A DNA stretch of 64,000 nt from Lama guanicoe (Eukaryota): assembly GCA_013239625.1 (NCBI GenBank), contig MU054220.1, positions 186,001 through 250,000 on the forward strand, written 5' to 3'. The notes under the pieces are model-generated. The model had not been told where the DNA came from. It worked only from the letters and a program-made list of their open reading frames with translations, and did no database searches. This document shows, piece after piece, positions 1 to 11,466 of this stretch. How positions within the stretch are numbered: position 1 is the stretch's first letter; each line of letters opens with the position of its first letter. The translations under genes were made by a program, and so were the position numbers.

Positions 1-410
1 TTATATACTTAAGAGCATGTTAAGAGGTTAGATCTCACGTTAAGTGTTCTTATCACAATAAAATAAGAAACAATGAAGTTCTGATACATGTGACAACAGG
101 TATGAATCTTGAAAACGTGCTAAGTGGAAGATGCCAGGCACAAAATTTAGTACCGGTTTGTTTACGTGAAATATCCAGGATAGATGCATTCACAGGACTG
201 AATGCAGGCTGATGGTAGCCAGGGGCTGGAAGGGAGGGAGGAATGCTGAGAAATTGCCTGGTGAACACTTAGGCGCTACTGAAATGGAACTAGGTTGAGG
301 TGTGGTTGCACAGCATTGTGAGTGTAATCATTGCTATGGAGTAATACACTTTAAAATGATTAATATCACAGTATGTGAATTTTATGTCCATAAGTTATTT
401 AAAAAAATAA
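1..410 (+). mobile_element. Old L1 (L1MA/L1MB-type) 3' UTR fragments
   Basis: L1 3'-end text such as 'aatgaagttctgatacatgtgacaac...atgaatcttgaaaacgtgctaagtggaaga' and 'gccaggggctggaaggg', ending in an A-rich tail near 400-410. Confidence 0.75.
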
Positions 411-1059
411 ATTTGGATATAATTTTGCATGTTCCATTGTTATCTGTGTGTCTTTTTCAGTGAAGTTTCTGATTTCATGTTTTGCCTATATAATTTGCGT
501 GTATTCTCGATAATAACATTTGTCTATCATATGAATAAAAGAGTCCTCTGTTAAATTTGTTTGTGATATCTTTTGTTTAATAGAAATTTTAAATTTGGTG
601 AAGTCATTAGTCGGTATTTGCAAATTACCCCACTTAAAAAGGAATTAAGGATATTCTGCTTACTTTAAATACTCTGAAAATTATTAACAATTTCACTGTA
701 TTTCATAATGAAAACTTGTTTTTCATAATGAATATAACATAGTAATAAAATTGATTTTCCATAGTCACAGAAGTTATCTTTGACCTATTTTTACCGTAAA
801 AAGTCCTTTTCTTGTGAAATGAAAACAGTTTGTACATCCATTACTCTTCCTTTTACTTGGCTCCGATCCTATCAAGTGATAATTTTAACCAGAAGTAAAC
901 ACTATGTACAATTTGTCATTCATAAGTAAGTTGTAACTGGTGAACTGCATATTTATGCATCCAATGAAAAAACACTATAATTTTGCAGATAGTTTAATTA
1001 ATTTATGTTATCTACTGAATGTCTTATTCAGGAAGTTTTTTCTTTCACTCACATGTATG

Positions 1060-1430
1060 GATTTTGGCACCTTTCTTGGTTAATTCATTTAGCTATGCAT
1101 CGTGTCCTGAATTTTCTGGCTCTATGAACTTATTAGACATTCAAAACTTGCTTCCAAAGTGGCTGTAACTTTTATACTCCTACCAGCAGGGTCTGTATGT
1201 TTCCTTTACTCCATCTCCTCACTAGCACTTGGTAGTCCCAGACTTTTCCATTTTTGCCAATGTTATGAGTGTGAAAGAGTGTTTTATATTATTTTACACT
1301 TACATTTTTTGATCATTATTAAAGTAGAGTGTATGCATTGGTCTAAAGACGTTTCTTCTTTTGTAAATTTTCCATGTGTATTCTTTGTCCATAGTTCTAT
1401 GGACTTTCAGCCTATTACTTATTGATTTAA
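1060..1430 (-). mobile_element. Degenerate old L1 fragment (antisense)
   Basis: 'ttccaaagtggctgtaacttttatactcctaccagcag' and 'gcacttggtagtcccagacttttccatttttgccaat' match typical antisense L1 ORF2-end/3' text. Confidence 0.65.
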
Positions 1431-1568
1431 CTGATGCATAACTTTATTTCCTCTTGTCTATGGCTAGTTCTTTTACTATATCTGTTATTGTTCTTTATTT
1501 AGACCTTTAAAAATGTAAAATTCATTTCCGTGATATTGAATGTGTTTAAAGATCTCTTCAATGCTGAA

Positions 1569-1569
<1 letters not shown>

Positions 1570-1600
<31 letters not shown>
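1570..1600. repeat. (CA)n microsatellite
   Basis: About 15 uninterrupted CA units. Confidence 0.95.
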
Positions 1601-1605
<5 letters not shown>

Positions 1606-3028
1606 GTGCAAAAGCACATTTGCTTGGTTGGATATGCGAGGATAATGAATATCGGTGACCATGGTTTAGTTTTGACCTTTGAAGGAGGGAACCATGTGAA
1701 TCGCAGTGGGGAGAGGCTTTCATACAGGAGAGAATAAATGCAGAGATATTGTGTAGGAATAAATGCTGGTAGATGTTCTGCATAAGAACTGTTAGGTTGA
1801 TACGTAAACTTATTCCAAATTTAGGGAAATAGCCTTAGTTTGCACTCTAATTCTGAGAAGATCGTCTTGTTGCAATTAAAGAATAAAGATACTCTTTTAA
1901 GAAGAGAACGAGTTTTCACAAAATCATAATTAAAAATTAATAAATAGAAAGGAAGGAGGGAAAGGCAAACACAAAACTTAAAATTACCTCTGAAGGACAC
2001 ATACTTGCAATGAAAACATGGTCTGTTGGAAGCAGGGCTTAAACATGCACATTAGGAGAGACTCTTCTGCACCATGGGTTTGGAACTAAGCGTGAGGAGA
2101 GCTGGCGACCACCAGGGCATCAGAGTGTTGTAGGACCCCCAAGGCAAAGGGAGCTGAAACCTGAGTCAGGACCAGGTCTGTAAAGAAACCCATAAAGATG
2201 GGTTGGGGCTTAGTGGTGCAGAGAGCCAAACACACAGGCCAGCTCTGCCTGACTCTCTGATTTGGCCATCTTCAGTCACTTTGAATGTAAACAGGATCTT
2301 GATAATTGTTAATGTTTTTAATGACTTTGTTTTCTGTGAGAAACTAAAGATGCATTTAATGTTCCTGCTCTGAATGAAATAAGAAAAAGGGGAGAAATGC
2401 CTCTTCACCAATCAGAATGGTAGTGAGCTCAGGAACTTGAACACATTATCTATGGTTCCCAAACCACAGGCTGGGATCAGATATATAATTTAAAAATCTA
2501 AAGATGGAGGCAGAGTTCTATGAACTGGAGTCAGAGACCAGTGACTTCATGCAAAGTGGTATGAGATCATGTGAACTTGGTTTTGCTATTGGTTAGCTGG
2601 TATTTGATCAAACTAATCAAATATAATTATAATGTTCTTTATAATTACAAATATTGGAGCCCATACATTTGAGTTACATGCAGATGGAAGAAAACAGTAC
2701 ATAACATTCTAGAGTAAGATTCATGTACACACATGCCTGTATGTGTGTGTGTTACGTCAATAGTATGGCTTTTGCATACATACATGCATAAATATATGCA
2801 TATATAAATATGTATATGTATGTATACATGTATCAGTAGAAACATGTTAATAAGCAAATGGATGATACCATTTTTTCTGCATATAAAAAGAGCATAAGTA
2901 GAAGGTTGACTATGATTTTATATATATTATAATATCCAGGAAAAACAGAAATACATTAATAAACTGAAAGCATTTTCACTATGTCTTCTTGATGTTGAGA
3001 CACAGAGCATCATTCTCAATTTTTTAAT

Positions 3029-3976
3029 TTAATTTTTACTGTGAAAATACACTTTATTGATAAACCAATGTTTCCCAAACACTTTCTGCATTGACTCTTT
3101 GACATCTTTGTTCCTCAAACTATAAATGATGGGATTCAGCATGGGAATTACAATGGTATAAAAAGTCGATGCTATCATGTCATGGTCCAAGGAGTAGCTG
3201 GAACTCGGTCTCACGTACATGAAGAGGATGGTTCCATGGTAAATGGACACTGCAGTTAGGTGAGAGCCGCACGTAGAAAAGGCCTTCCTTCTCCCCTCGG
3301 CAGAGTGCACCCTCAGGATGGCCAGCAGAATGAAGCCATAGGAGATCAGGATAGTGACTACCTCAACAGAGCCCACGAAGGAGAAGAGTAGAAGCTGGTT
3401 TGTGCGAGTGTCAGAGCAAGAAAGAGCGAGGAGAGGGGGGATGTCACAAAAGGCGTGTTTAATTTCATTAGACTCACAGAAGGACAGGCTAAATGTGGCC
3501 ACTGAGTGCACAGAAGCATTCACAATGCCACCAACATAGGAAGCAGTGATGAGTGGCACATAGACCCTGGGTGCCATGCGCACTGAATACAGGAGGGGCT
3601 TGTAGATTGCAACGTAGCGATCATATGCCATTGCGGCCAAGAGGAAGCATTCTGTGGTCCCAAAAGTAACAGCGAGAAACATCTGTGCTGTGCATCCAAG
3701 GAATGAAATGACTTTGTTTTTTGACATAAAATCTGCTAACATTTTGGGGGTAATGACTGAAGAATAGCAGGCATCCACAGATGATAGCACACTCAGAAAA
3801 TAGTACATAGGGTTGTGGATCCGGGAATCCCCCATGACCAATACAACCAGTCCTAAATTGCCCACCAGAGTAAAAAGGTAAGTTGCTAGAAACAGGAAAA
3901 ATAAGATGCTCTGCAGTTCAGGATCATCCGTGAAGCCCTTCAGTACAAATGTAGTGACTTCAGTGACATTCTGCAT
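3029..3976 (-). CDS. Olfactory receptor, OR5T subfamily (OR5T2-like), 315 aa, with a 3-aa in-frame deletion in TM5
   Basis: OR motifs NVT sequon, [52 protein letters not shown]-terminal [15 protein letters not shown] and C-terminal INKVYFH resemble OR5T. Confidence 0.95.
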   Translation of the reverse strand: MQNVTEVTTFVLKGFTDDPELQSILFFLFLATYLFTLVGNLGLVVLVMGDSRIHNPMYYFLSVLSSVDACYSSVITPKMLADFMSKNKVISFLGCTAQMFLAVTFGTTECFLLAAMAYDRYVAIYKPLLYSVRMAPRVYVPLITASYVGGIVNASVHSVATFSLSFCESNEIKHAFCDIPPLLALSCSDTRTNQLLLFSFVGSVEVVTILISYGFILLAILRVHSAEGRRKAFSTCGSHLTAVSIYHGTILFMYVRPSSSYSLDHDMIASTFYTIVIPMLNPIIYSLRNKDVKESMQKVFGKHWFINKVYFHSKN

Positions 3977-4949
3977 GTTGATACCTCATGCAACAAAGTT
4001 AACCAAACATTACAATTCATTTGCTACGAAAGAATAAACAACATTGTGACTCAGTATAGTGACTCAGGGGAATATGAGATATGTCCTCATATTAATTTCA
4101 GGGGACGTATAATTTCCCAGTGCAAATCCCAGGAGAAAGTGACAAGGCAGTGGGTCAAGTGTTCATGCCCGTCACTGCAGAATCAAATGAAAATACATGG
4201 GTGTTCACTTGCTGATTGAATTCATGCCATTTCTAAGCCATCAGGTCAGCTGGTTAATTGGCCACTGCATTCTGTTAGCTGTCTTCATATTAAAGCCTAT
4301 TAAAACACCAAGTGATTTGCTAAAAAATAATTTCCTTCTGACACTGAAACTCATGAGATAGTATATCAGTGCATAGATCGTTAGAACAGAATATCAGCAT
4401 TCCAGACCTTTCAGTAATTGTAAAAAATGATTTGCTATAATCTGGTCACCTATGGAATGAGAACATTAATATTTATGCCACAATATTGAAATAACTACTT
4501 TTTTAAATGTGAGGAGGAATCATAAGAAGGCTAGCCCTGATATAATTCTTGACATTGGTTCAATGATATTCCTTGTTCAGGACAAATAACAGAATTTAGA
4601 ATCTGAAAAGACGTGTTCATAGGCCAGGTTCATGATTAAAAGCTACGTGTGACGTTAGACTTGCTCTCCAAAGTTTACCCACTTCAAAGTACCAATATAT
4701 TTAAAAGACCAAGGGGAGAAAACCATATGCATCCAGGCAGACTAATTAAATGTGTAAAGCAATAAAGATACAAAGCAATTTCCTTTATGTATGTCAGTTT
4801 TGGGTTACAGATTTAAGACTACCCTATAATTGAACTTTGTCATTAAATGCATACAGTTTAAAGCATTAGAAAATATTGGCTCACAAAATTAGTATTATAA
4901 CTAATCATTGAATAGAAGTGGCAAGAACCTTAATCCAGATATTATATTC

Positions 4950-5061
4950 TTTTTTAAAACATATTTTTATTGAAGTATAGTCAGTTTACAATGTAGTGTC
5001 AGTTTCTGGTGTACAGCATAATACTTCAGTCATATAGGAATATACATATATTCATTTTCAA
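4950..5061 (-). mobile_element. 5'-truncated L1 3' tail (artiodactyl/camelid type) in the putative OR5T intron
   Basis: 'ttttattgaagtatagtcagtttacaatgtagtgtcagtttctggtgtacagcata' is an antisense L1 terminus, flanked by an imperfect TSD cagatat..attcttt. Confidence 0.8.
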
Positions 5062-6272
5062 ATCAGATATTTCATTCTTTACCGTCATGTAACATATGTG
5101 ATTTGTGATTATTAATACACACCAAAACATTATTCTCTCAGGATAAATCCAAAGAATCACATTTTGATCATATTTTTTTACTCTATTCACTCTTTATGTC
5201 TCTGGATTATTCCTTAGAGAATAAAGAAGTGTTATGAATTGTGTATTCTGTTGATACCAAAAAATACACATACAGCTCACCGCAATTCTATTTTCTACAT
5301 TACAGTGAGCTTAGATTGACTTGGGTCAAAAAGAGAGTGAAAGACTACAAAGTTAAATACTTCAGCTAAATTCCTCTTTAAACAGGCATTTCTGCTAGAG
5401 GCAAAAATGAAAGTTATACTGGGTAAAACTAAGTCAATATTAGAATATATTGAAAGGATTTAGAATTATGAAAAGAAACTGACTATATCTCTTGAAGAAT
5501 TCAATAATCTACAATCAACTTTTAAAATTAATATAAGGCTTCTTCAAAAATATAATTTAATGGAAGACAGAAAAACCCAAATATCTCAGAATCAACACTG
5601 AAACACTAAGTTTGCAAAAGAGGAAAATTAGTAACAGCCAAGTGCTGAGCACAGGCCACAGGAACGGACTTCTGCATATATTCCTTTATTTACCTTTCAT
5701 AGCAACTGTCACAGCTAAAACATCCAGGAGCCAAGTTTCAGTCCAAGGTCTTACTCATGATGCATGTACTTTTCACCATCTTTCCCTGCCTCCTGTAATA
5801 CCGTGGTTTCTCTCTGTAACTGACTTCCTTCTTGCTACTCTCAGTGAAATAAATAAAATAAATTTAAAATTTGAGAGACAAAAATGATCCCCAAATATCA
5901 TATACCCAATAGCTGACTGACAGAAAATTTTCTCTCCATTCACTAATGTTCCTGCTTTTAAAGTAAAACCTCTTATTCCTACTCCCTTTATTCGCCTTAA
6001 GTTACCTTCCGTCAAAGAAATTACATAAAATGTCTAACTTACAAATCTATTGACCTAAATATGTAAAGAGTCTTTCCTATTTATGTTCCCTGGCATTCTT
6101 TCACTCAATTTTTATTCCACTCTGAGTTAACTAAAAATTTCTATCTCAAATTTAAATACCAAAGCATATCATGTAGTTTGAGATTCAAGATTATACAATT
6201 ATAATCTTGAATCTCAAGAGAAATATTTAAATTTGGTGTATTTTGTAAATGATGGAAAAGCTTTCTTCTTAC

Positions 6273-6410
6273 CTGTAGAAATGAAGCTACTCATTTCATG
6301 AAGCCACACTATGCATTCTGAACATCTGAACTCTTATATCAGGTTCTCAAGCTCTTCTTGAAGTCTACAGGGATGCCCCAAGGAGAAAACGCACTGATTC
6401 CCTTTTGGGA
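6273..6410 (-). promoter_or_regulatory. Putative promoter and non-coding exon 1 of the left OR5T gene
   Basis: O/E(EBF)-like CCCCAAGGAG near 6376-6385. Minus-strand donor CAG|GTAAGA at 6275-6267. Homologous to 9130-9263 on the opposite strand. Confidence 0.6.
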
Positions 6411-6914
6411 CCAAAAAGGAGCAGGAGGATTTTGGTTTTTCACATGGTACACAGGAGAATGGTCCACTTGTAAATAGTATGAAAGATATTCTAAAACTCA
6501 TTGGGTAGTTTACAGAGAGGATAGGATATAAATAAAGGAATAGGAAATATTGACAACAAATATAGGGCAGTATGTGAATAACTGTAAAATTCTATGTAAT
6601 AGAACATTAGAATCTTAGAGATCTAACAAAGATGAAGGTCAAAATTTGAGTTGTGTAGCATTTTGTGTCATCTTGGGAACCCTTTATACTAATGTATAGA
6701 CTAGTGTTAGGCTATGTACTTAAAGAAATTCTTCAAAAAATTGTGAAAAATACATAGATGCTTAAGCTTTATACTCAGAGATACTAAATTAATAGATAGG
6801 GAATGGAATCTGATTTTTAAAAGAAAGGAAGAAGGAAAGAAGAAATGAAGGAAGTAAAGGAAAAATGAAAGATGGTACTGATATACATACAATTATCAAA
6901 AAAAGATCTATTTA

Positions 6915-8140
6915 TTAGATGCATTCCCAAATGATCCATATATTCAATGTGACTCTAATTAAAATTAAACAAGCTATTTTTTAAAACAAATTGACAAGGT
7001 AATTCTACAATTTATTTAAAAAAGCAAAGAAAGTAAAGTAGTCAGAGCAATTTTTAAAAAGAAGAATAAAGTAAGATTTACATAACCTAATTTCAAGATT
7101 TGCCACAAAACTAATACATCAAGGGAGTATGGCACTGGTGAAAAGATAGACATGTAGGTCAGTGGAATAATCTTCAGCAGTAGATTCACACAGTGCAGTC
7201 AATTGATTCTTGACAAAATTGCTAAGGAAAATCTACAGAAGAAGAATAGCATTTTTCTAACGACACTGAATTTATAGAATAGCCTCATGTCACAAAAAAC
7301 CAGACATGACTCATTCTTTGCATCATATATAAAAGTTGTCTCAAAATAAATCTTAGGCATTAATGTAAAATCCTAATACAATATCATTTTTAGAGAAAAA
7401 AATTAGGACAACATTTTTGTGATTGTGGGTTAGCACAAAATTTTGTATAAAACACAAAATTCATGAACCCTAGGAGAAGAATAATAAATTCTAATTTGTC
7501 ACCTTTAAAGTTTGTTTTGTGAAAGACCCTGTTGAGAAAATTAACAAACCACAGACTGAATAGCTATTCAATAAATAATATGAATATTGACTAAGAATAT
7601 GATTTTATTGTACATAATATACAGAGTACTTTAAAAACTCAACAATATGAAAATAAAAGGAAAGATAAACAATTAAAATATGGGCATACATTTGAATAGA
7701 CACTTCACTAGAGAAGGTACACTGGTAGCAACTAAGCCTATAAAAAGTAATGTTCAACAACATTTGTGATTAGAGAAATAGAATTTTAAAACCACAATGT
7801 GATCCCATAATATCTATCAGAATGACTAGAATTTTTAAAGTGTAATAGTAGATAAGAATACAAAGTGCTCACAGTGATGGAGAGCAACCACAGCTTTCAT
7901 CCATCCACTGCTGGGAGGAAAGCAAAATGGTGCAGCTCGCCCAGCAATCTCACTAAGTCTGATTTACCCAGGATAAAAGAAAACATGTCTACACCAAGAC
8001 CTGTATGCCAATATTTCTAGCATCCCTATTCACTATATTCTAAACCTTGAAATAACCCAAATGCCCATCAACTATTGAATGGATAAGTGAACCATGGTAC
8101 AGCTTTACAGTGGAATACTATTCAGCAATGAACAGGAACA
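6915..8140 (+). mobile_element. Old L1 (L1M) ORF2 3' part and 3' UTR, degenerate
   Basis: Recognisable L1 text such as 'ttgaatagacacttcactagagaag', 'aaaccacaatgtgat' and 'cccaaatgcccatcaactattgaatggataag'. No open frame. Confidence 0.85.
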
Positions 8141-8285
8141 GGGGGAGGGTATAGCTCAAGTGGTGGAGCACATGCCTAGCATGCATGAGATCCTGGGTTC
8201 TATCCCCAGTATCTCCTCTAAAAATAAATAAATCTAATTATCTCCCCACTACTGCCAAAAAATATAATTAAATAATACAATAATA
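8141..8285 (+). mobile_element. tRNA-derived SINE (camelid Vic-1-like)
   Basis: GGGGAGGGTATAGCTCAAGTGG (A box) ... GGTTCTATCCC (B box), then an AAATA-rich tail. Confidence 0.85.
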
Positions 8286-9124
8286 ACTGTATCAGTCTCT
8301 CACAGTCCCTTTGTGACTGTGAATGGTTGAAAGCATATGACAAACTGAAGAAAAATATAAGTTCTACTGGATCTCCCTTGTTAACCAACGTTAATTTTCT
8401 CTATTTTGGTCCTAGTTGCATGCTTGTGTGGGTATGTATGTCTGTGTGTGTTTTATTGTATGTATGTATATTAGATATTTTAAAATTTATTCTGCATAGA
8501 TTTATTTAATCTGAGTAATCTATAGATAATCTATGCAATAGCTTCCCTATAGATTAATATTTGAGATTCACGAATTACGTGGCTTACAAAATCCTACAGA
8601 GCTTTAAACTTCTGAGGTCTCCTCCACATTTCCATGGCATTTTTTTTTTGTTACTTTTCTTATTACCTTGAATAATAAACTTACAATAAGCTCAAAATGT
8701 ATACTTTAATCTTTTTAACCAAGCACTTTGTAATTTGAACAGAGTAAATGTGTAATGAATTTTATTGACTATAAATCCATCTGCTAGATTCAGCCAAAGA
8801 TATATTGTGGTTTTACATTACTATAGTTTACCGTATTTACTTACTTGTTGCAATGTAAAATGGCTTATATTGCCAGGATGAAAGCATTGGTTCTCAGAGA
8901 AATTACTGCTAACCCAGTGTCAGGGCTATGGTATAAGAATATGTCTCATATCTTAAGATTTCCTATATAGGGTTAGAACATGTATACGCTTTTTGAAGGC
9001 ATCATTTTAAACGAGACATTGAAAACGTTATTCATTTTATGCATATCGACATGTAGTACATTATTTTAGAGCCATTTACTTTTTTTATTATTGAGTAAAT
9101 CATCATGTTGCTGTTTTGAACCAG

Positions 9125-9257
9125 AAGATAATTGGGGCATATTCCTTGGGGCATCTCCTGCGGGTTTTACCAACAGTTAAGTAACTGAATATAAGAATCT
9201 GAAGGAACACATTGTACTATTCACAATGTACTGATGGTTGCATTTTCTGTTCCACAG
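9125..9257 (+). promoter_or_regulatory. Putative promoter and non-coding exon 1 of the right OR5T gene
   Basis: Homeodomain-type TAATTG (9129-9134) next to O/E-like TTCCTTGGGG (9142-9151). Donor CAG|GTAAGA at 9255-9263. Paralogous to 6273-6390. Confidence 0.6.
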
Positions 9258-11466
9258 GTAAGAGAAATTTTCAGATCATCTGCAGAATATTTCAGGAGTT
9301 GGGATCTAACTTATCAAAATTAATTATGTTATAAAATCCCTAGTACCAAGGTTTTCTGTTGTTGCCGTTTCCACTGGTGAAGAGAACACATTCACCACAA
9401 CATAATTCATGCAGTGTTTGTCTAAAAATTGAAAAACAATACTTCTTGGAACAAAACAAAAGCAAAATAGACAATACTGTTTCATGTTTGTAGAAGTAGT
9501 GAGAATACTCCCAACAGAGTGTTAAGTTTTTATTTTCCTTCTGGAAGAAGACAGAGCAATTCAAAGCAAAACGGGAAACTTGTCAACAGAAGGCAAGAAA
9601 ACATTTGACCTACTCACCTATCTGGGGGCTTATGTTTTGATGTGAGAAAGACAATCAGTAATTTTTTTATGCTTGTTTTGTTAGTTACTTAATGTGGAAG
9701 CCACTCTAGATTACTACTTGTGTCATAATGCTTCTCTTGTCTTAAGGGTTTGGAAATATCCGAATGCATCAAAGATCATGTTTTATTTTGTTTCAGTGGG
9801 GGTGGGAGGATGAGAGGGGGAAGATCAGATCCAGAATGATGGAAGGATATAGTAAGAGGCAGGACAAAGTGGTGAAAAGCACATGTACCCTGGGGGAGAT
9901 CGGGACTCAACCTTGGCCGGCACATCTTAGCTGACAGGGTTTCTGTAAAGGTGAGATAGAGTAACGTGTGCAAAGCCCCTTTCCTACAGTTCAATAACTA
10001 GCTGTTATTATTTTTCCCCTCCTTTTTGAACTTAGTGTTTCAATACTCAGCCTAAGGTATTTGGACTGTTCCACCTTGCATTGAAGTCATGTATCGACAG
10101 TTCTTTCTCGGTGATCTTGGCTTTGTCTTTTTCAGAAGGTTGCTGGTATGTACATTCGTCTCCTTCTTTCACTTTTTCTAATCAAGATGGCTCTTTCTCT
10201 CACTGATGGGATTCATTTGAATGAATTGAAACCGGATGAATTTACATAATGTGCAGAAGATTATTTGCAGTACATTAGGTACCCTGAAGACTGACTCAGA
10301 TTTTTTGAAGGGTAGATTTATAAAAACTAAATGACTTAAATAAAAACTATCCTCCAACTAGGGTTATAATTACAGATGAATAACAGAGCTCTGAATTCAT
10401 GTTCAAGTAACACTGAGAGTCCTAATTTGATTAACCATGGGACAACACAGGAAAGACTTTTTTCTATGCCTTATAACTTTCATTTCCTGATAAGTTTTTT
10501 TTTTAAACTCTTAAATATTAAGTTTTATGTCTAGGTGCAAAGATTGTTTTTGTTGTAGTTTATTTTTAAATGACTAATATCTATGAGTTTATTTAACTGT
10601 TACTTTTAGATAATAGTTACCTACCTGTCATTTCCCTGTATAAAAAAATCAGTGATATATAATCAAATGTTATGCTATAAGAGAAAAAAATCATATTCCT
10701 TATTTTTATTATAATTCTCCTATTTCACTACAGAATTTGAGAGAAGAAAAAGCATCAATTATTGAGAATTTAGATTCCCCAAAACAAAAGACCAAATAGT
10801 TACCCAAAAAGGACAATATTGAACATAAATTGTCATATGATTTTATATTCAATCATGGCAATCAATTCAATTCTCAGAAAAAAATTAATTAGTTCTTTTC
10901 AGAAAAATCTAATGGAGCTGTAAATGTTTTTACAGAGATTAACTCATAAAATACTACAATTCATTAGGCAATTAGTCTACCAAACAAATCTTATTCAGTC
11001 CATTCTACATTTAAAGTCATTTTAAATATTTAAATTTATTAATACACTTTGCACATTAATATGTATTCTGCTTTTGAGATAAATATTAATGTAATAATTA
11101 CATAAGAAATCTTTCTTTAGCTGTAAATTTTGTGTTTTAGTGTGACTTCATAGGAAAAAAGCTAATAGAATTCAGTAGAAAATTAATCATCTGATTTGAA
11201 AGTTTTTGACAGAAAGAAATGACAGGAATTGAACCAGTGAGTTAAATCCCAAATCTTCTCTCTGATTCCACAGTGAATGGTATCAACTTTCGGCCCACCG
11301 TCTTGTCACTGTCTCTGGAACTGCTGCTGGGAAGTTATGCATTTTCAAGGAATAAATACGAGAATACAGTTCACATTTCTTAAGTCACGAAATTGCTCAC
11401 TCTTGTCATAGCACTATGAATGATAATTTTACGAATACCTTCAAGTTTGTTTCATGAACGGTCACC

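Noticed and set aside
2312..2324. 11/13 match to the OR H/P-element homeodomain 13-mer AACTTTTTAATGA
   Set aside because: Likely chance in AT-rich DNA, and there is no adjacent clear O/E site.
8141..8215. tRNA-like sequences with A/B boxes
   Set aside because: Degenerate, followed by AT-rich tails and flanked by TSDs in other copies, so they are SINEs rather than tRNA genes.
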